A stretch of 64,000 nt of DNA. Source: Endomicrobium sp. (GTDB lineage: Bacteria; Elusimicrobiota; Endomicrobiia; Endomicrobiales; Endomicrobiaceae). Numbering within the stretch: position 1 is the stretch's first letter; the number at the start of each line of letters is the position of its first letter. The notes under the pieces were generated by a model, which saw only the letters and a program-made list of their open reading frames with translations, was not told the DNA's origin and searched no databases. Positions 31,601 through 41,324 of this stretch are shown piece after piece. The position numbers and the translations under genes are program-made. Location of the stretch: the NCBI GenBank assembly GCA_031262585.1, contig JAISHK010000005.1:9917-73916 (forward strand), read 5' to 3'.

Positions 31601-31712
31601 AAAGCAGTTAAAACATTATGCCAACTTACTTTTGGAAATTTATCCCAATAAACAAATACTGACTTGTATTGTAGATATTGAAAAAGTCGTCGTATTAAAG
31701 AGCTTGCAATGA
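28650..31712 (+). CDS. addA: UvrD-type helicase with C-terminal PD-(D/E)XK nuclease (AddA-like)
   Basis: ASAGSGKT, TFTNK, LIDEFQDT, VGDTKQAIYAFRG, NFRS, TIHKSKGLQFP, YVSMTRA; nuclease RIDK...VDFKS. Confidence 0.88.
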   Translation: MTKHQIVALQASAGSGKTYNLTKKYIKLLFDSKSDLCAKNIIAVTFTNKSAIEMKCRILAYLKKGALLLDTDGFFDDFKLSKGEISKKSIFALNNILKSYDNFNIDTIDSFKNHILKSCAISMNISPNFAIEQDYSKNLLFALETFLKNVNSSVDLKRDVKSYLSQYLMNSSDWIPKNDIYREIEKIFEKMGNIGKDIFSAEPTIDYAKEFNLKSQKILNDIQKFSTLLPELDVNKRLISIVEKVLSKGIMTFYLMDINKIFIDDELEYNKGAKVNDQANELWIDINKGIKSLCKFYMENYYDIYSYIYSQIVIEFDDKSKRDGIVFLNEISKRAVNFFERNNVIMPEVYYRLSEKYKHFLIDEFQDTSFVQWTGIKRFLKESLASGGTLFYVGDTKQAIYAFRGGMSELFDEMQKEFPTIDICKKYLENNFRSGKVIVDFNNNIFSQKNIEMFLNKVYKNDKINTCAFTKFIETYKVSKQKSIQEHNYGHVEIDIIDKNCKNFEEEIKQKFINYIFMLQKRFKLKDIAVLCRTNDELCKVSSWLLEKGLEIESAQTLNIKNNNIIKQILSLLIFIDSPINVLAFSSFIMGDVFSKVTNIKETEFEQFIFECKMENKKVTFYRLFRSKYENLWKKYFEDLFLKIGFIPVYELVLVILEKFSIIKYFPDSKVFIMCFLEFIKEFEVKNSGLRNFLDYFKAKENMEGLYIKKAFESGIKVMTIHKSKGLQFPVVIVPFLKLYRKNIESPYFDKSGEKIKLLKISKTIAYFLNKAEEIYENERLNYLLSELNGIYVSMTRAEYEFYAIILPKIGQSNNLAPLLFDNKNYNIGEKQKYERKDVYEEDIFLDNFNDDYKDVQKYLASRKKMSFDIGNLKKNGTILHYALSKIVSVKNKDINNVIENAVNITKRKFFVEKVDFVKWKLQNLFISKDILELFSYDKNEIYNEKEIINAQGESFRIDKFIMNDNKLIIVDFKSSNYNEGENKKQLKHYANLLLEIYPNKQILTCIVDIEKVVVLKSLQ

Positions 31713-34519
31713 GTGGAAAAATAATAAATATTGCTATTGAACAGAATATAATTGATTATGTAGCTGACTATATTTTTAATTCAAATAAAAGAACTGCCAT
31801 AGTTGGTGGTGGAAGAAGATTTTTTTTATTTATTAAAAATGTTCTTGCGAAAAAATATAGAAAAGCTTTTTTTGCTCCAGAGTTTTTTACAAATGAAGAA
31901 TTTGTAGAAAGAATTGTTTTTGATACTATTAATTTTATAAAAATCCCAGATATTGAAGCGGCATTTATAATATTTGAGATTATTAAGAATAATATGCCGT
32001 ATCTTTTAAATAATAACTTTTCTTTTGTATCTTTTATGGACTGGGCTTTTGAAATTTTCTTTTTTATAGAGCAACTGGATTTAGAAAATGTTTCTAATGA
32101 AAAGCTTAGATCCATAAAGACTAATGTTGAAATAGGATACGATGTTCCTGAAAATATAAATAATTTATTGAAGGATATTTTTGAGATAAGAAATTATTTT
32201 CATGATAAATTAGAAAAAACGTCTAAAATTACTACCGGATATAGTTTTTTGAAAGCTGTGTCTTTATCATACGAAACAATATTAAAATCTTTTGATGAAA
32301 TAGTTTTTGTAACGCCTTTTTATCTTTATAAAACAGAAATTGAAATATTTAAGAAATTTTATAATACAGGGAAATTGGTCGTATTTATCCAAGGATCTCC
32401 TCAGGATTATAGTATTTTATACGATTTATATAATGCTTTTGGAGAAGTTGTTCCAAAAATAATATCTAAGGAAAAAGGATATAAGTTAAATATATATTCG
32501 ACTTTTGATGAGCAATCGCAAGGTTCTTTGTTGAAAAATCTTTTAAGAACTTATACTAGTATTGATTTGAATAAGACGATAGTTGTAGTGCCAGACTCTT
32601 CGATGTTACAGTCTGTAATATCTGAGATATCTGTGATTACGGATGATTATAATATTGCAATTGGATATCCAGTCCATAAAACGGTCGTGTTTTCGTTGCT
32701 TAACTCTGTGATTGAAGCTCAACTTTCAAAAAAAGGACAGTTTTATTACTCAAAGGATATTATGAAAGTATTAACAAATCCACTTTTTAAAAATATTGAT
32801 TTTTTTGGAGAAAGTGCAGTATCAAGAATAATTGCTCATAAAATAGAGCAAGCTTTTGATCAGAATTCAAAGAGTTCTTTAAGTGGTAAAATGTTTGTTT
32901 CTTTTGAAGAAATTATTGATGAGAAAAATATATTGTATGAAATAAGTCTTGTAATGCAAGCTTGGAAACACTTATCTTATAGTAAGATAGTATCAGTATT
33001 AAGAGAAATTTTTGATATTTTTTTTATATCTTGGGGGAAAATAAATAATTTTAATGATTTATTTAACGTCTTATCTGTCTTTTTAGAAAAAATATATTTG
33101 TTAAGTTACGTCAAGAACTATCCGTTGAATATTGAGGCTATGGATATTTTGTTTTCTTTATCAAAAGAATTAAAAATTGGACAAATAGCACAAACGCAGT
33201 TTGGTAATGAAGAGGTATTAAATATTTTTAAAAAATTAATAAAAGATAAACGAATTAATTTATCAGGATTTCCACTTAAAAGTTTGCAGGTATTAGGACT
33301 TTTGGAATCGCGAGGTCTTGCTTTTGATGATGTTTTCATCGTAGGGATGAAAGATTCTATAATTCCAGCAATAAAAAAAGAATATTCTTTAATTCCTAAA
33401 GATATAATGTGCGTATTAGGTATTGGGATAGTACAAAAAGAATATGAAATACAAAAATATCATTTTGATAGACTTACAGGTGGGGCAAAAAATTTAAATC
33501 TTATTTATTCTAATAATGATAAAGATGAGAGAAGTAGATTTATAGAGTCTATTATTTGGAATAAACAGTATGAAAGCAGAGATATTTCTGCTATAAAAGT
33601 AAAAAAATTTGTACTCCAAAATTTTTCTGTAAAGCAGTCGGTTAAAAGGGAATATGAAAAAACAAAAAAAATTAAAGAATATCTTAAAAATATGTCTTAT
33701 ACGTACAGTAAGATTGATGTTTACTTAAATTGTAGACTGAAATTTTATTTTATGTATGTGCTTCTTCTTAATGAAGATTTAGAAGTATGGCGAGAACTTT
33801 CAAGCGTAGAAATAGGGAAATTTATTCATAGATTTTTAAAAGAAACGTTATATGAAAATCTTAACAAAGAAGAATTAGAAACTCATAACTTTGAAAAAAA
33901 ATATTTACAAAAACTTGAAGAGCATTTTGATAATAGTGTTTATTTTAAATTTAGAGAAGATGCTTTTACAATAAAAGATGTTTTGTTTTATAGAATGAAA
34001 AAAATTTTGGAGTATGAAAAACAAAGAAAATACAAAAGTATTTATGGGTGTGAAAAAAAGTATACTTCATATATTGAAACCAATTTAGGAAAGTATATTT
34101 TGGATTGTAAAATAGATAGAATAGATAAGATAGATAGTGATAGCAAAGACTATATGATATTTGATTATAAAACAGGGTTAATAGATAAAAGAATTGTTAA
34201 AAGTAAATTTAATAGTTTCTCTGAATCTGAAAATAATTTCAGTAGGCAAGATGTAAAAAAATCAATTAAATCTTTACAACTTCCATTATATAAATATATA
34301 TTTGAAAAATTTACTGGTTTTACAGTTAGCGAATGTGGACTTTACGATATAAGAAATGCTCAAATTATTAATTTTCCAAAGAATGAAGAAATATATATGA
34401 AAAGTATTAATATGATAAAAGCACTTATAGATGAAATTAATTCTGGTGATAGTTTTAAATTTGCCATGGACGATAGAGTTAATTGTGATACGTGTAAATA
34501 TTTCTACATATGCATATAA
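31709..34519 (+). CDS. addB: AddB-like PD-(D/E)XK nuclease with Fe-S cysteines
   Basis: GLLESRGL, YLNCRLKFY, GKFIH, KIDRID, FDYKTG, LQLPLY, terminal CDTCKYFYIC. Confidence 0.85.
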   Translation: MSGKIINIAIEQNIIDYVADYIFNSNKRTAIVGGGRRFFLFIKNVLAKKYRKAFFAPEFFTNEEFVERIVFDTINFIKIPDIEAAFIIFEIIKNNMPYLLNNNFSFVSFMDWAFEIFFFIEQLDLENVSNEKLRSIKTNVEIGYDVPENINNLLKDIFEIRNYFHDKLEKTSKITTGYSFLKAVSLSYETILKSFDEIVFVTPFYLYKTEIEIFKKFYNTGKLVVFIQGSPQDYSILYDLYNAFGEVVPKIISKEKGYKLNIYSTFDEQSQGSLLKNLLRTYTSIDLNKTIVVVPDSSMLQSVISEISVITDDYNIAIGYPVHKTVVFSLLNSVIEAQLSKKGQFYYSKDIMKVLTNPLFKNIDFFGESAVSRIIAHKIEQAFDQNSKSSLSGKMFVSFEEIIDEKNILYEISLVMQAWKHLSYSKIVSVLREIFDIFFISWGKINNFNDLFNVLSVFLEKIYLLSYVKNYPLNIEAMDILFSLSKELKIGQIAQTQFGNEEVLNIFKKLIKDKRINLSGFPLKSLQVLGLLESRGLAFDDVFIVGMKDSIIPAIKKEYSLIPKDIMCVLGIGIVQKEYEIQKYHFDRLTGGAKNLNLIYSNNDKDERSRFIESIIWNKQYESRDISAIKVKKFVLQNFSVKQSVKREYEKTKKIKEYLKNMSYTYSKIDVYLNCRLKFYFMYVLLLNEDLEVWRELSSVEIGKFIHRFLKETLYENLNKEELETHNFEKKYLQKLEEHFDNSVYFKFREDAFTIKDVLFYRMKKILEYEKQRKYKSIYGCEKKYTSYIETNLGKYILDCKIDRIDKIDSDSKDYMIFDYKTGLIDKRIVKSKFNSFSESENNFSRQDVKKSIKSLQLPLYKYIFEKFTGFTVSECGLYDIRNAQIINFPKNEEIYMKSINMIKALIDEINSGDSFKFAMDDRVNCDTCKYFYICI

Positions 34520-34562
34520 AGTAATTTATCAATTAATATATGTTTATTAAGTTAACTATAGA

Positions 34563-35050
34563 TTATTGTTAGGAAATAAGCCAAAAAAACGAAGAAGTTT
34601 GTTTAAATATATATTAGAAAATGTATATATGAAGTCACAAGTATAGTTAAATCATTTACGATAGTTTTAAAAAAGACAAAAGAAAATTTTCTTTATCACA
34701 CACAGTTGAATTTGCTAGATAATTTATATTATAAATCGATATTTTTTAAAAAAAGAAAACTTTTTATATTCTGGAATGTTCCAGTGATAAAAGTCAAATC
34801 AAACAATGATCTGATCGCATAAATTTTAAAAAAAATATAAATGTTGAGATGATGACTTTAAAAGTAAGTTGATCACTAAAAATAGGTGATAAATCAGAAA
34901 AAATATTTATAGTTTTTGAAGAAAAATTTACTGATTCTGCAATGATCCAATTTTGATTGTTTCATCTAATCCCATGAAATTGTAGGTTTAAAGATGGTAA
35001 TTAATATTGATATAAATAAAGAAAAACAATTTACAATTTTCTACAAATGA
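34563..35050 (+). pseudogene. Decayed gene, possibly ABC-ATPase/TOPRIM (OLD-like) nuclease
   Basis: ENVYMKSQV*LNHLR*F*KRQKKIFFITHS (H-loop-like), then KIFIVFEE and VINIDI. Confidence 0.25.
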
Positions 35051-35555
35051 ATTTTTAATACTAAGTAACAGTGTTAAAAAATCGGTGCCATAAAATAAAA
35101 AAATAGTATTTATTTTATATATAAGAGAGTATTCAGAATTCTACTATAGAGAAAAAAATATATAAAAGATCTTTATAGATAAAGATTATATTTCCAAAAT
35201 GTGTCAGAGATTGATAAAAAGTTAGCTAATAAAGAAAATGATAATTCTTCAATTTACAGTTTTATCTGAAAGGTCTTGAAAAGGAGTGTTGTGATTTGAA
35301 GTGAGAAATTAAAATATATAAAGAATTTGTATTATCATGGAATTATTTGAGATAAATTCTATTTATTAATAGTTAAATGCTGAAAAAGTTTCAATAGATC
35401 TAAATAACTAGTAATGAAATACGAAAAATATTTCTTTTAGTTTTTGAGTTAGACAATTTATAAATGATTATAATCATTCACATATCGAGTGAACTTATTT
35501 ATGTTATTTGATGAAGCATAAAATATGTATTTGAAGGTGCTATGATTTTCAGAAT

Positions 35556-36827
35556 TTAATCAATTAGCTTTCTTCTTAAAAAATCTAAAGTTGTGTCTAC
35601 AATTTTTTTTCTTATATCTTTTCTTGTTCCGCTAAAATTAAATTTGAAACATTCTGTTTTGTTTTTGTCTGCAAAACCTATGTATACAAGACCTACAGGT
35701 TTCCCTTCAGTTGCGCCATTTGGTCCTGTAATGCCTGTTATTGATATAGCATAATCACTATTTGACAGTTTTAAACTTCCATTTGCCATTTCTTTTGCTG
35801 TTTCTTTACTTACTGCTCCAAAACTTTCTAAAGTTTCTTTTTTTACGTTAAGAATAACTATCTTTGATTCGTTAGAATATGCAACCACAGAGCTTTTGAA
35901 ATATAAAGAACTTCCGGCAATATCTGTAATTGCCGCTGCTACTTTTCCGCCAGTACAAGATTCTGCCAAAGAAACTGTTTTTTTCTTTTCAACTAAGTAT
36001 TTTCCTACAATAGAAGCGAGTGTATCGTTATTAGTTCCGAAGATGTCATTTTTTAGAATGTTTTTAAATTCAAGTTTTATGTCTCTCATTGTATTGTCAA
36101 CAATAATCTCATCTATTCCTGAAACAGAAAATTTAATATCAACAATAGATTTATTTGCGAGAATACTAAATTCTACTGATTTTGAGTCTCCAAATTTAGT
36201 ATTATCAATAACAGGTTTTATCATTTCTGCAACAGTAGATTCTGATAATCCAAAAACACGTAAAACTGTGTTTTTCTTTATGTTGGAAAAATAGCTTTTA
36301 ATAAATGGTTCAACGTTTTCTTCAAACATAATTCTCATTTCTTTTTGTGGCCCAGGAAGTAAAAATAAAGTTTTGTGATATTTTTTTTTGCTTTTTTTAA
36401 ATTCAAAATGCAACATTTGTCCAGGAGCTGTACCTAAACAATTTTTAAAAACTTTTGCTCCTTTAATAATATTTGCTTGTTTTTCATTGATTTTTGGAAT
36501 ATGATGTATTTTTTTTTGTAAAAAATAATTCTTTATGGATTTTAAAACTTCTTCATTAGAGTAAATTTCAAGATTTAAACATTTTGCGATAGTTTCAACA
36601 GTTATATCGTCAAATGTTGGGCCAAGACCACCTGTAATAATCACAATATCGCTTCTTTCTAAAGCTTTTTTAAACTCTTGTGTTAAATCTTGTTTTTTAT
36701 CACCTACGCTGGTAATATAAGTTAGTTCTGCTCCTATATTAAAAATCCTTGAGCCTATATAACTTGCGTTGGTGTTAATTTTTCCAGTAAGGAGTTCACT
36801 TCCGGTACAAATGAGTTCTATTTTCAC
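35556..36827 (-). CDS. cinA: Competence/damage-inducible CinA (MocF domain plus PncC NMN deamidase)
   Basis: GSELL.G...TN, TGGLGPT.DD, GTAPG, LPGP, AESCTGG, YSNESK, GAVS. Confidence 0.95.
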   Translation of the reverse strand: MKIELICTGSELLTGKINTNASYIGSRIFNIGAELTYITSVGDKKQDLTQEFKKALERSDIVIITGGLGPTFDDITVETIAKCLNLEIYSNEEVLKSIKNYFLQKKIHHIPKINEKQANIIKGAKVFKNCLGTAPGQMLHFEFKKSKKKYHKTLFLLPGPQKEMRIMFEENVEPFIKSYFSNIKKNTVLRVFGLSESTVAEMIKPVIDNTKFGDSKSVEFSILANKSIVDIKFSVSGIDEIIVDNTMRDIKLEFKNILKNDIFGTNNDTLASIVGKYLVEKKKTVSLAESCTGGKVAAAITDIAGSSLYFKSSVVAYSNESKIVILNVKKETLESFGAVSKETAKEMANGSLKLSNSDYAISITGITGPNGATEGKPVGLVYIGFADKNKTECFKFNFSGTRKDIRKKIVDTTLDFLRRKLID

Positions 36828-36830
36828 TGT

Positions 36831-37898
36831 TTAGAATCCTATGGTTTTTGTAATTTCGTTAATATTTGATTTAACTTTTATGATGCTGGTGGCTTTTGCT
36901 ATAGCAATGTCAGGGTCTTTTAAACCATGTCCGGTTAGTATACAAACTACTTTTATAGAATTACTATTTTTAAAATAATCTTGTTTAATATATTTGATAA
37001 ATCCAGCTATAGAAACGGCGGAAGCAGGTTCGCAAAAAATACCTTCTGTTGCAGCTACAATTTTATAAGCTTTAAGTATTTCTTCATCTGTAACCTTATC
37101 TATCACACCTTTTGAGTCGTCTCTTACTTCTTCAGCTGTTTTCCATGAAGTTGGATTTCCTATTCTTATAGCTGTTGCTATTGTTTCAGGCTTTTTGATT
37201 ATATGTCCTTCAACTATAGGTGCTGCTCCTGATGCTTGAAAACCCATCATTTTGGGCAAATAGTATTTTGACGATTCCATTTTGTTGTAATCTTTATATC
37301 CTTTCCAATAAGCTGTAATATTTCCAGCATTTCCAACTGGCATAAATTGATAATCAGGGGCTTGGCCTAAATTTTCGCATATTTCGTAAGCTGCAGTTTT
37401 TTGCCCCTCTATTCTATAAGGATTAATTGAATTAACTAAAGTAAGAGGATATTTGTTACTCAATTCTCTTACAATATACAAAGCATCATCAAAATTGCCA
37501 TCAATTTCTAAAACTTCGGCACCGTGCATAACAGCTTGAGAAAGTTTTCCTACAGCAATTTTACCTTTTGGTATTAAAACTATACATCTTATTTGTGCTT
37601 TTGCGGCATAGGCAGAAGCAGAAGCAGAGGTATTACCTGTAGAAGCACAAATAATAGCCTTACTTCCATTTTCAATGGCTTTTGAAACAGCCATTGTCAT
37701 GCCTCTGTCTTTGAATGATCCTGTAGGATTCATCCCCTCAAACTTAAGATATACTTCACCATTAAATCCAAGTTTTTCTGATAAATTTTTTGCAAAAATA
37801 AGTGGAGTATTTCCTTCATTAAGAGATATAATAGGGGTTTTATTACTAACAGTTAAATATTTTTTATATTTTTCGATTAAGCTTTTATAAATAATCAT
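36831..37898 (-). CDS. thrC: Threonine synthase
   Basis: [46 protein letters not shown]; start reset to ATG 37898. Confidence 0.96.
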   Translation of the reverse strand: MIIYKSLIEKYKKYLTVSNKTPIISLNEGNTPLIFAKNLSEKLGFNGEVYLKFEGMNPTGSFKDRGMTMAVSKAIENGSKAIICASTGNTSASASAYAAKAQIRCIVLIPKGKIAVGKLSQAVMHGAEVLEIDGNFDDALYIVRELSNKYPLTLVNSINPYRIEGQKTAAYEICENLGQAPDYQFMPVGNAGNITAYWKGYKDYNKMESSKYYLPKMMGFQASGAAPIVEGHIIKKPETIATAIRIGNPTSWKTAEEVRDDSKGVIDKVTDEEILKAYKIVAATEGIFCEPASAVSIAGFIKYIKQDYFKNSNSIKVVCILTGHGLKDPDIAIAKATSIIKVKSNINEITKTIGF

Positions 37899-38017
37899 TT
37901 TATTTATCCTTTTTAAAATCATTATTAATGATTGTATTATTTTATGATGGTTAAAGCAACAATAATAATACAACTACAAGCACAAATTAAATTTAAATGT
38001 TAGGTGTGTTCTAAGTA

Positions 38018-39112
38018 TTAAAAGTTTGTAATGACAAATTTTGAAATGATTTGATTAGATATAAAAACAGACTCTTTAGCTAGTATTATTTTTTTATTTT
38101 TTTGTTTTAATGTTTTGTTAGCTAAACATTCTAAAAGAGTTTTCTTAAGATTGAAGTCATTAAAACAATCAATATCCACACCTTCGTTTAAAAGTCTAAG
38201 TCCAAGTATGATTTTTTCTGTTATGTAAAGTTTGTTATTTATATATTCATTTTCAGTTTTGACATCTGAATTGTCTTTTATTAGATTTATATAATTTTTG
38301 ATGTTTTCAACATTTTTATATCTATTTCTATTTATATATCCAGATGCACCTGCTCCAAGTCCTATATATTCAAAATTATGCCAATAATTTGAATTGTGTA
38401 AAGATTGTTTACCATTTCTTGCCCAGTTTGATATTTCGTAGTGTATGTATCCTTTTTTTTCTAAAATTTCTACAGCAATTTTATACATATGTTTTTGAAT
38501 ATTATCGTTAGTAACAATATTTCTTTTATAAAATGGAGTGGATTGTTCTATTGTTAAGGGATAAAGTGACAAATGTTGACTATCAAAAAGCATAATATTT
38601 TCCAAACTTTTTTGCCATTCTTGTACAGTTTGGTTTGGAAGTCCATATATCAAATCTATGTTGATGTTATTAAACATTTCTTTTCTTGCTATATCATAAA
38701 TATTGCAGAAAGTCTTAAAATCATGTATTCTGCCAAGAAACTTAAGAGTTTCATCTTTAATGGCTTGAAGTCCTATGCTTAATCTATTAACACCATAACT
38801 TTTTAAAAGCTGTAATTTCTCCTTTGAAATTGATTCTGGATTTAATTCAAATGTAAATTCTTGTGTGCTTGTAATGTCAAAAAATCTATTTAGTGAACTT
38901 AAGAGGTCTTTTATTTGCTTTAAAGAAAGTATTGATGGTGTACCACCACCAATATATATTGTGTCTATTTTGTTGTTTTGAAACTGTTGCGCATGATTTA
39001 TTAAAGTGTTAATATATTTTTCTGCTATAATCGTATTATATTTTTCAGAAAAAAAATCACAATAAAAACATTTTTGCTTACAAAAAGGAATATGAATGTA
39101 TAACCCTAACAT
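38018..39112 (-). CDS. hemW: Radical SAM heme chaperone HemW (HemN-like)
   Basis: YIHIPFCKQKCFYCDF, GGGTPS, YEISNW, HNSNYW (HNxxYW); downstream of lepA. Confidence 0.88.
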   Translation of the reverse strand: MLGLYIHIPFCKQKCFYCDFFSEKYNTIIAEKYINTLINHAQQFQNNKIDTIYIGGGTPSILSLKQIKDLLSSLNRFFDITSTQEFTFELNPESISKEKLQLLKSYGVNRLSIGLQAIKDETLKFLGRIHDFKTFCNIYDIARKEMFNNINIDLIYGLPNQTVQEWQKSLENIMLFDSQHLSLYPLTIEQSTPFYKRNIVTNDNIQKHMYKIAVEILEKKGYIHYEISNWARNGKQSLHNSNYWHNFEYIGLGAGASGYINRNRYKNVENIKNYINLIKDNSDVKTENEYINNKLYITEKIILGLRLLNEGVDIDCFNDFNLKKTLLECLANKTLKQKNKKIILAKESVFISNQIISKFVITNF

Positions 39113-39115
39113 AAT

Positions 39116-40039
39116 TTATTCATTTTTATCAACAGCTTTAATATTTTTAGTATTATCTTTAAAAAGTTCTGCAATGCCACCAATTGAAGCCGCAATACTC
39201 GAAGTTTCTAAAGGCATAAAAATTTTTGTTGCCTGGCCATTAGCAACGTTACTAAGTGCTTCAAGATACTTTATTGCGATAAGATCGCTTGTTGGTTTAC
39301 CTTCATGGATAGCATTATAAATTACTTCTATTTTAAATTTTTCAGCATCAGTTACTCTTTTTATAGCTTCTGCTTTTCCAGTTGCTTCCAAAATTTGTTT
39401 TTCTTTTACAGCTTCTGCCTCAAGGATAACGGCGCGTTTTGCTCCTTCAGCTTTGAGAATTGCTGCTTGTCTTAAACCTTCGGCCTCTAAAATATTTGCT
39501 CTTTTTTCTCTTTCAGCTTTCATTTGTTTTGACATAGCTTCGGTTATATCTTTAGGGGGATCTATTTTTTGTATTTCAACTCTTGTGACTTTTACACCCC
39601 ATTTGTCTGTAGCTTCATCCATTACAGTCCGTAATTGCGTGTTTATTTTTTCTCTTGAAGTCAGTGTACTGTCAAGTTCCATATCGCCGATTACATTCCT
39701 CAAATTTGTTTGAGCAAGTTTTAAAGCAGCAAATGCAAAATTTTCAATGTTGTAAACAACTTTTACTGGATCTGTAACTTGGAAATATATAACAGCATCC
39801 ACAACTACAGATACATTATCTTTTGTAATAACGCTTTGAGGTGGGACATCAATAACCCGTTCTCTCATATCAACTCTTATCATTTTTTGAAATATAGGTA
39901 TAACGATATTTGCCCCAGAATTTTTTGTACTTGTGTATTTACCTAATGTCTCAATAAGTCCCTTTTCATATTGTCTTATTATTTTTATAGAATTTGCTAT
40001 ATAAACAAATGTGAAAACTATAATTATTATCAAAAACAT
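39116..40039 (-). CDS. SPFH/stomatin-like membrane protein
   Basis: VPPQSVITKDNV, AQTNLRNVIG, ATDKWGVKVTRVE, QMKAEREKRA. Confidence 0.93.
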   Translation of the reverse strand: MFLIIIIVFTFVYIANSIKIIRQYEKGLIETLGKYTSTKNSGANIVIPIFQKMIRVDMRERVIDVPPQSVITKDNVSVVVDAVIYFQVTDPVKVVYNIENFAFAALKLAQTNLRNVIGDMELDSTLTSREKINTQLRTVMDEATDKWGVKVTRVEIQKIDPPKDITEAMSKQMKAEREKRANILEAEGLRQAAILKAEGAKRAVILEAEAVKEKQILEATGKAEAIKRVTDAEKFKIEVIYNAIHEGKPTSDLIAIKYLEALSNVANGQATKIFMPLETSSIAASIGGIAELFKDNTKNIKAVDKNE

Positions 40040-40053
40040 TAATATTTTTCTCC

Positions 40054-40476
40054 TTAATTATTTTTAACTATAAGTGTTGTTCCAGTTATATTTTTTATTT
40101 TAACTATTTCTCCTACTTCTATTTCACTGTCAGATTTAGCTCTCCATAATTCGCCTGAAGTCTTTACGAAACCAGTTTTTAAAGGTGTTATTCGTTCTGT
40201 AACGATAGCTTCTGTCTCGATTAGAGCGTCTACGTTTGAATTAATTCTTTTAGAATTATTTGTTATTTTTTTAGATACCATTTTTATAAGACTCATAGAT
40301 ATCATTGAACCAGTTGTAAAAATAATAACTTCAATTGTGAGCGAGCTTACAAAGAAAGACGCTATCGCGCTGATAATAGAACCTATTGTAAAACACACAA
40401 AAAAGAAAGTGGAAGTAATTAATATCTCAAAAATTGCAAAAAGTGTAGCAATTGCACACCAAATCGTCCAATTCAT
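40054..40476 (-). CDS. Short NfeD-family protein (SPFH partner)
   Basis: TM helices, NVDALI, G.VK..GELWRA OB-fold; adjacent to SPFH gene. Confidence 0.88.
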   Translation of the reverse strand: MNWTIWCAIATLFAIFEILITSTFFFVCFTIGSIISAIASFFVSSLTIEVIIFTTGSMISMSLIKMVSKKITNNSKRINSNVDALIETEAIVTERITPLKTGFVKTSGELWRAKSDSEIEVGEIVKIKNITGTTLIVKNN

Positions 40477-41249
40477 GATATTATCCTCCAGCGTTTAATA
40501 GGCCAATAAAGAATCAAAGCTTTTCCTTTTATGTATTTGTCGTTTAAAGGTCCCCAAAAACGAGAATCAAAAGAAAAATCCCTATTATCACCAAGCATCA
40601 TATAATGTCCTTCAGGCACAATTACAGGACCAAAATTGTCTCTTATAAAAGTTGTCGGAATTGCGGCAAATTTACCCTTTTGCCATGATTCTTGATAATC
40701 TTTATTATTTGTAAACAAATTAAAACTTTTAAGCATATTCAAATCGTTAAAAACAACGTATGGTTCTATAATATAAACATCGTTTATATAGAGGTTTTTA
40801 TTTTTAATTTCAACTTTATCTCCAGCAATAGCAACACATCTTTTTATAAAATCTTTTTTAATGCCTTTTTCTATTTCATATACTGTTAAAGCTTCATGAG
40901 GAGCTTGAAAAACAACTATATCACCTCTATTTATATTTTTTAAAGCTTTATATCGTTTTCCGCTGCTTGTAAATGGGATGTGAAATCCGTAGATAAACTT
41001 ATTTGCAAATAGGTGATCTCCCTCTAAAAGAGTATTCCTCATACTGCCGGATGGTATTTTGAAGGCCTGTATAAAGAAAAACATAATAAAAGACGCTATT
41101 ATAAGAGCTGACCATGCTGTATCAATCCATGAATAAAATTTATTAAAAAAAATATTAGAAGCTAAATCTTTAAAAGTTTTTTTTATAGCTAACATTGACA
41201 TGGCTACTGAAAAAAAGATGCAACCTACAATAAAAAGCTTTAATTCCAT
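40473..41249 (-). CDS. lepB: Signal peptidase I
   Basis: IPSGSM, GD.L.ANKF, DFIKRC, MLGDNRDFSFDSRFWG. Confidence 0.96.
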   Translation of the reverse strand: MELKLFIVGCIFFSVAMSMLAIKKTFKDLASNIFFNKFYSWIDTAWSALIIASFIMFFFIQAFKIPSGSMRNTLLEGDHLFANKFIYGFHIPFTSSGKRYKALKNINRGDIVVFQAPHEALTVYEIEKGIKKDFIKRCVAIAGDKVEIKNKNLYINDVYIIEPYVVFNDLNMLKSFNLFTNNKDYQESWQKGKFAAIPTTFIRDNFGPVIVPEGHYMMLGDNRDFSFDSRFWGPLNDKYIKGKALILYWPIKRWRIIS

Positions 41250-41324
41250 AAAAACAACCTCTTGGTTTTATAAGGTTTATTACTTGCTTATTAAATGATA
41301 CTTGAGCATTAATATTTAGTCTCT

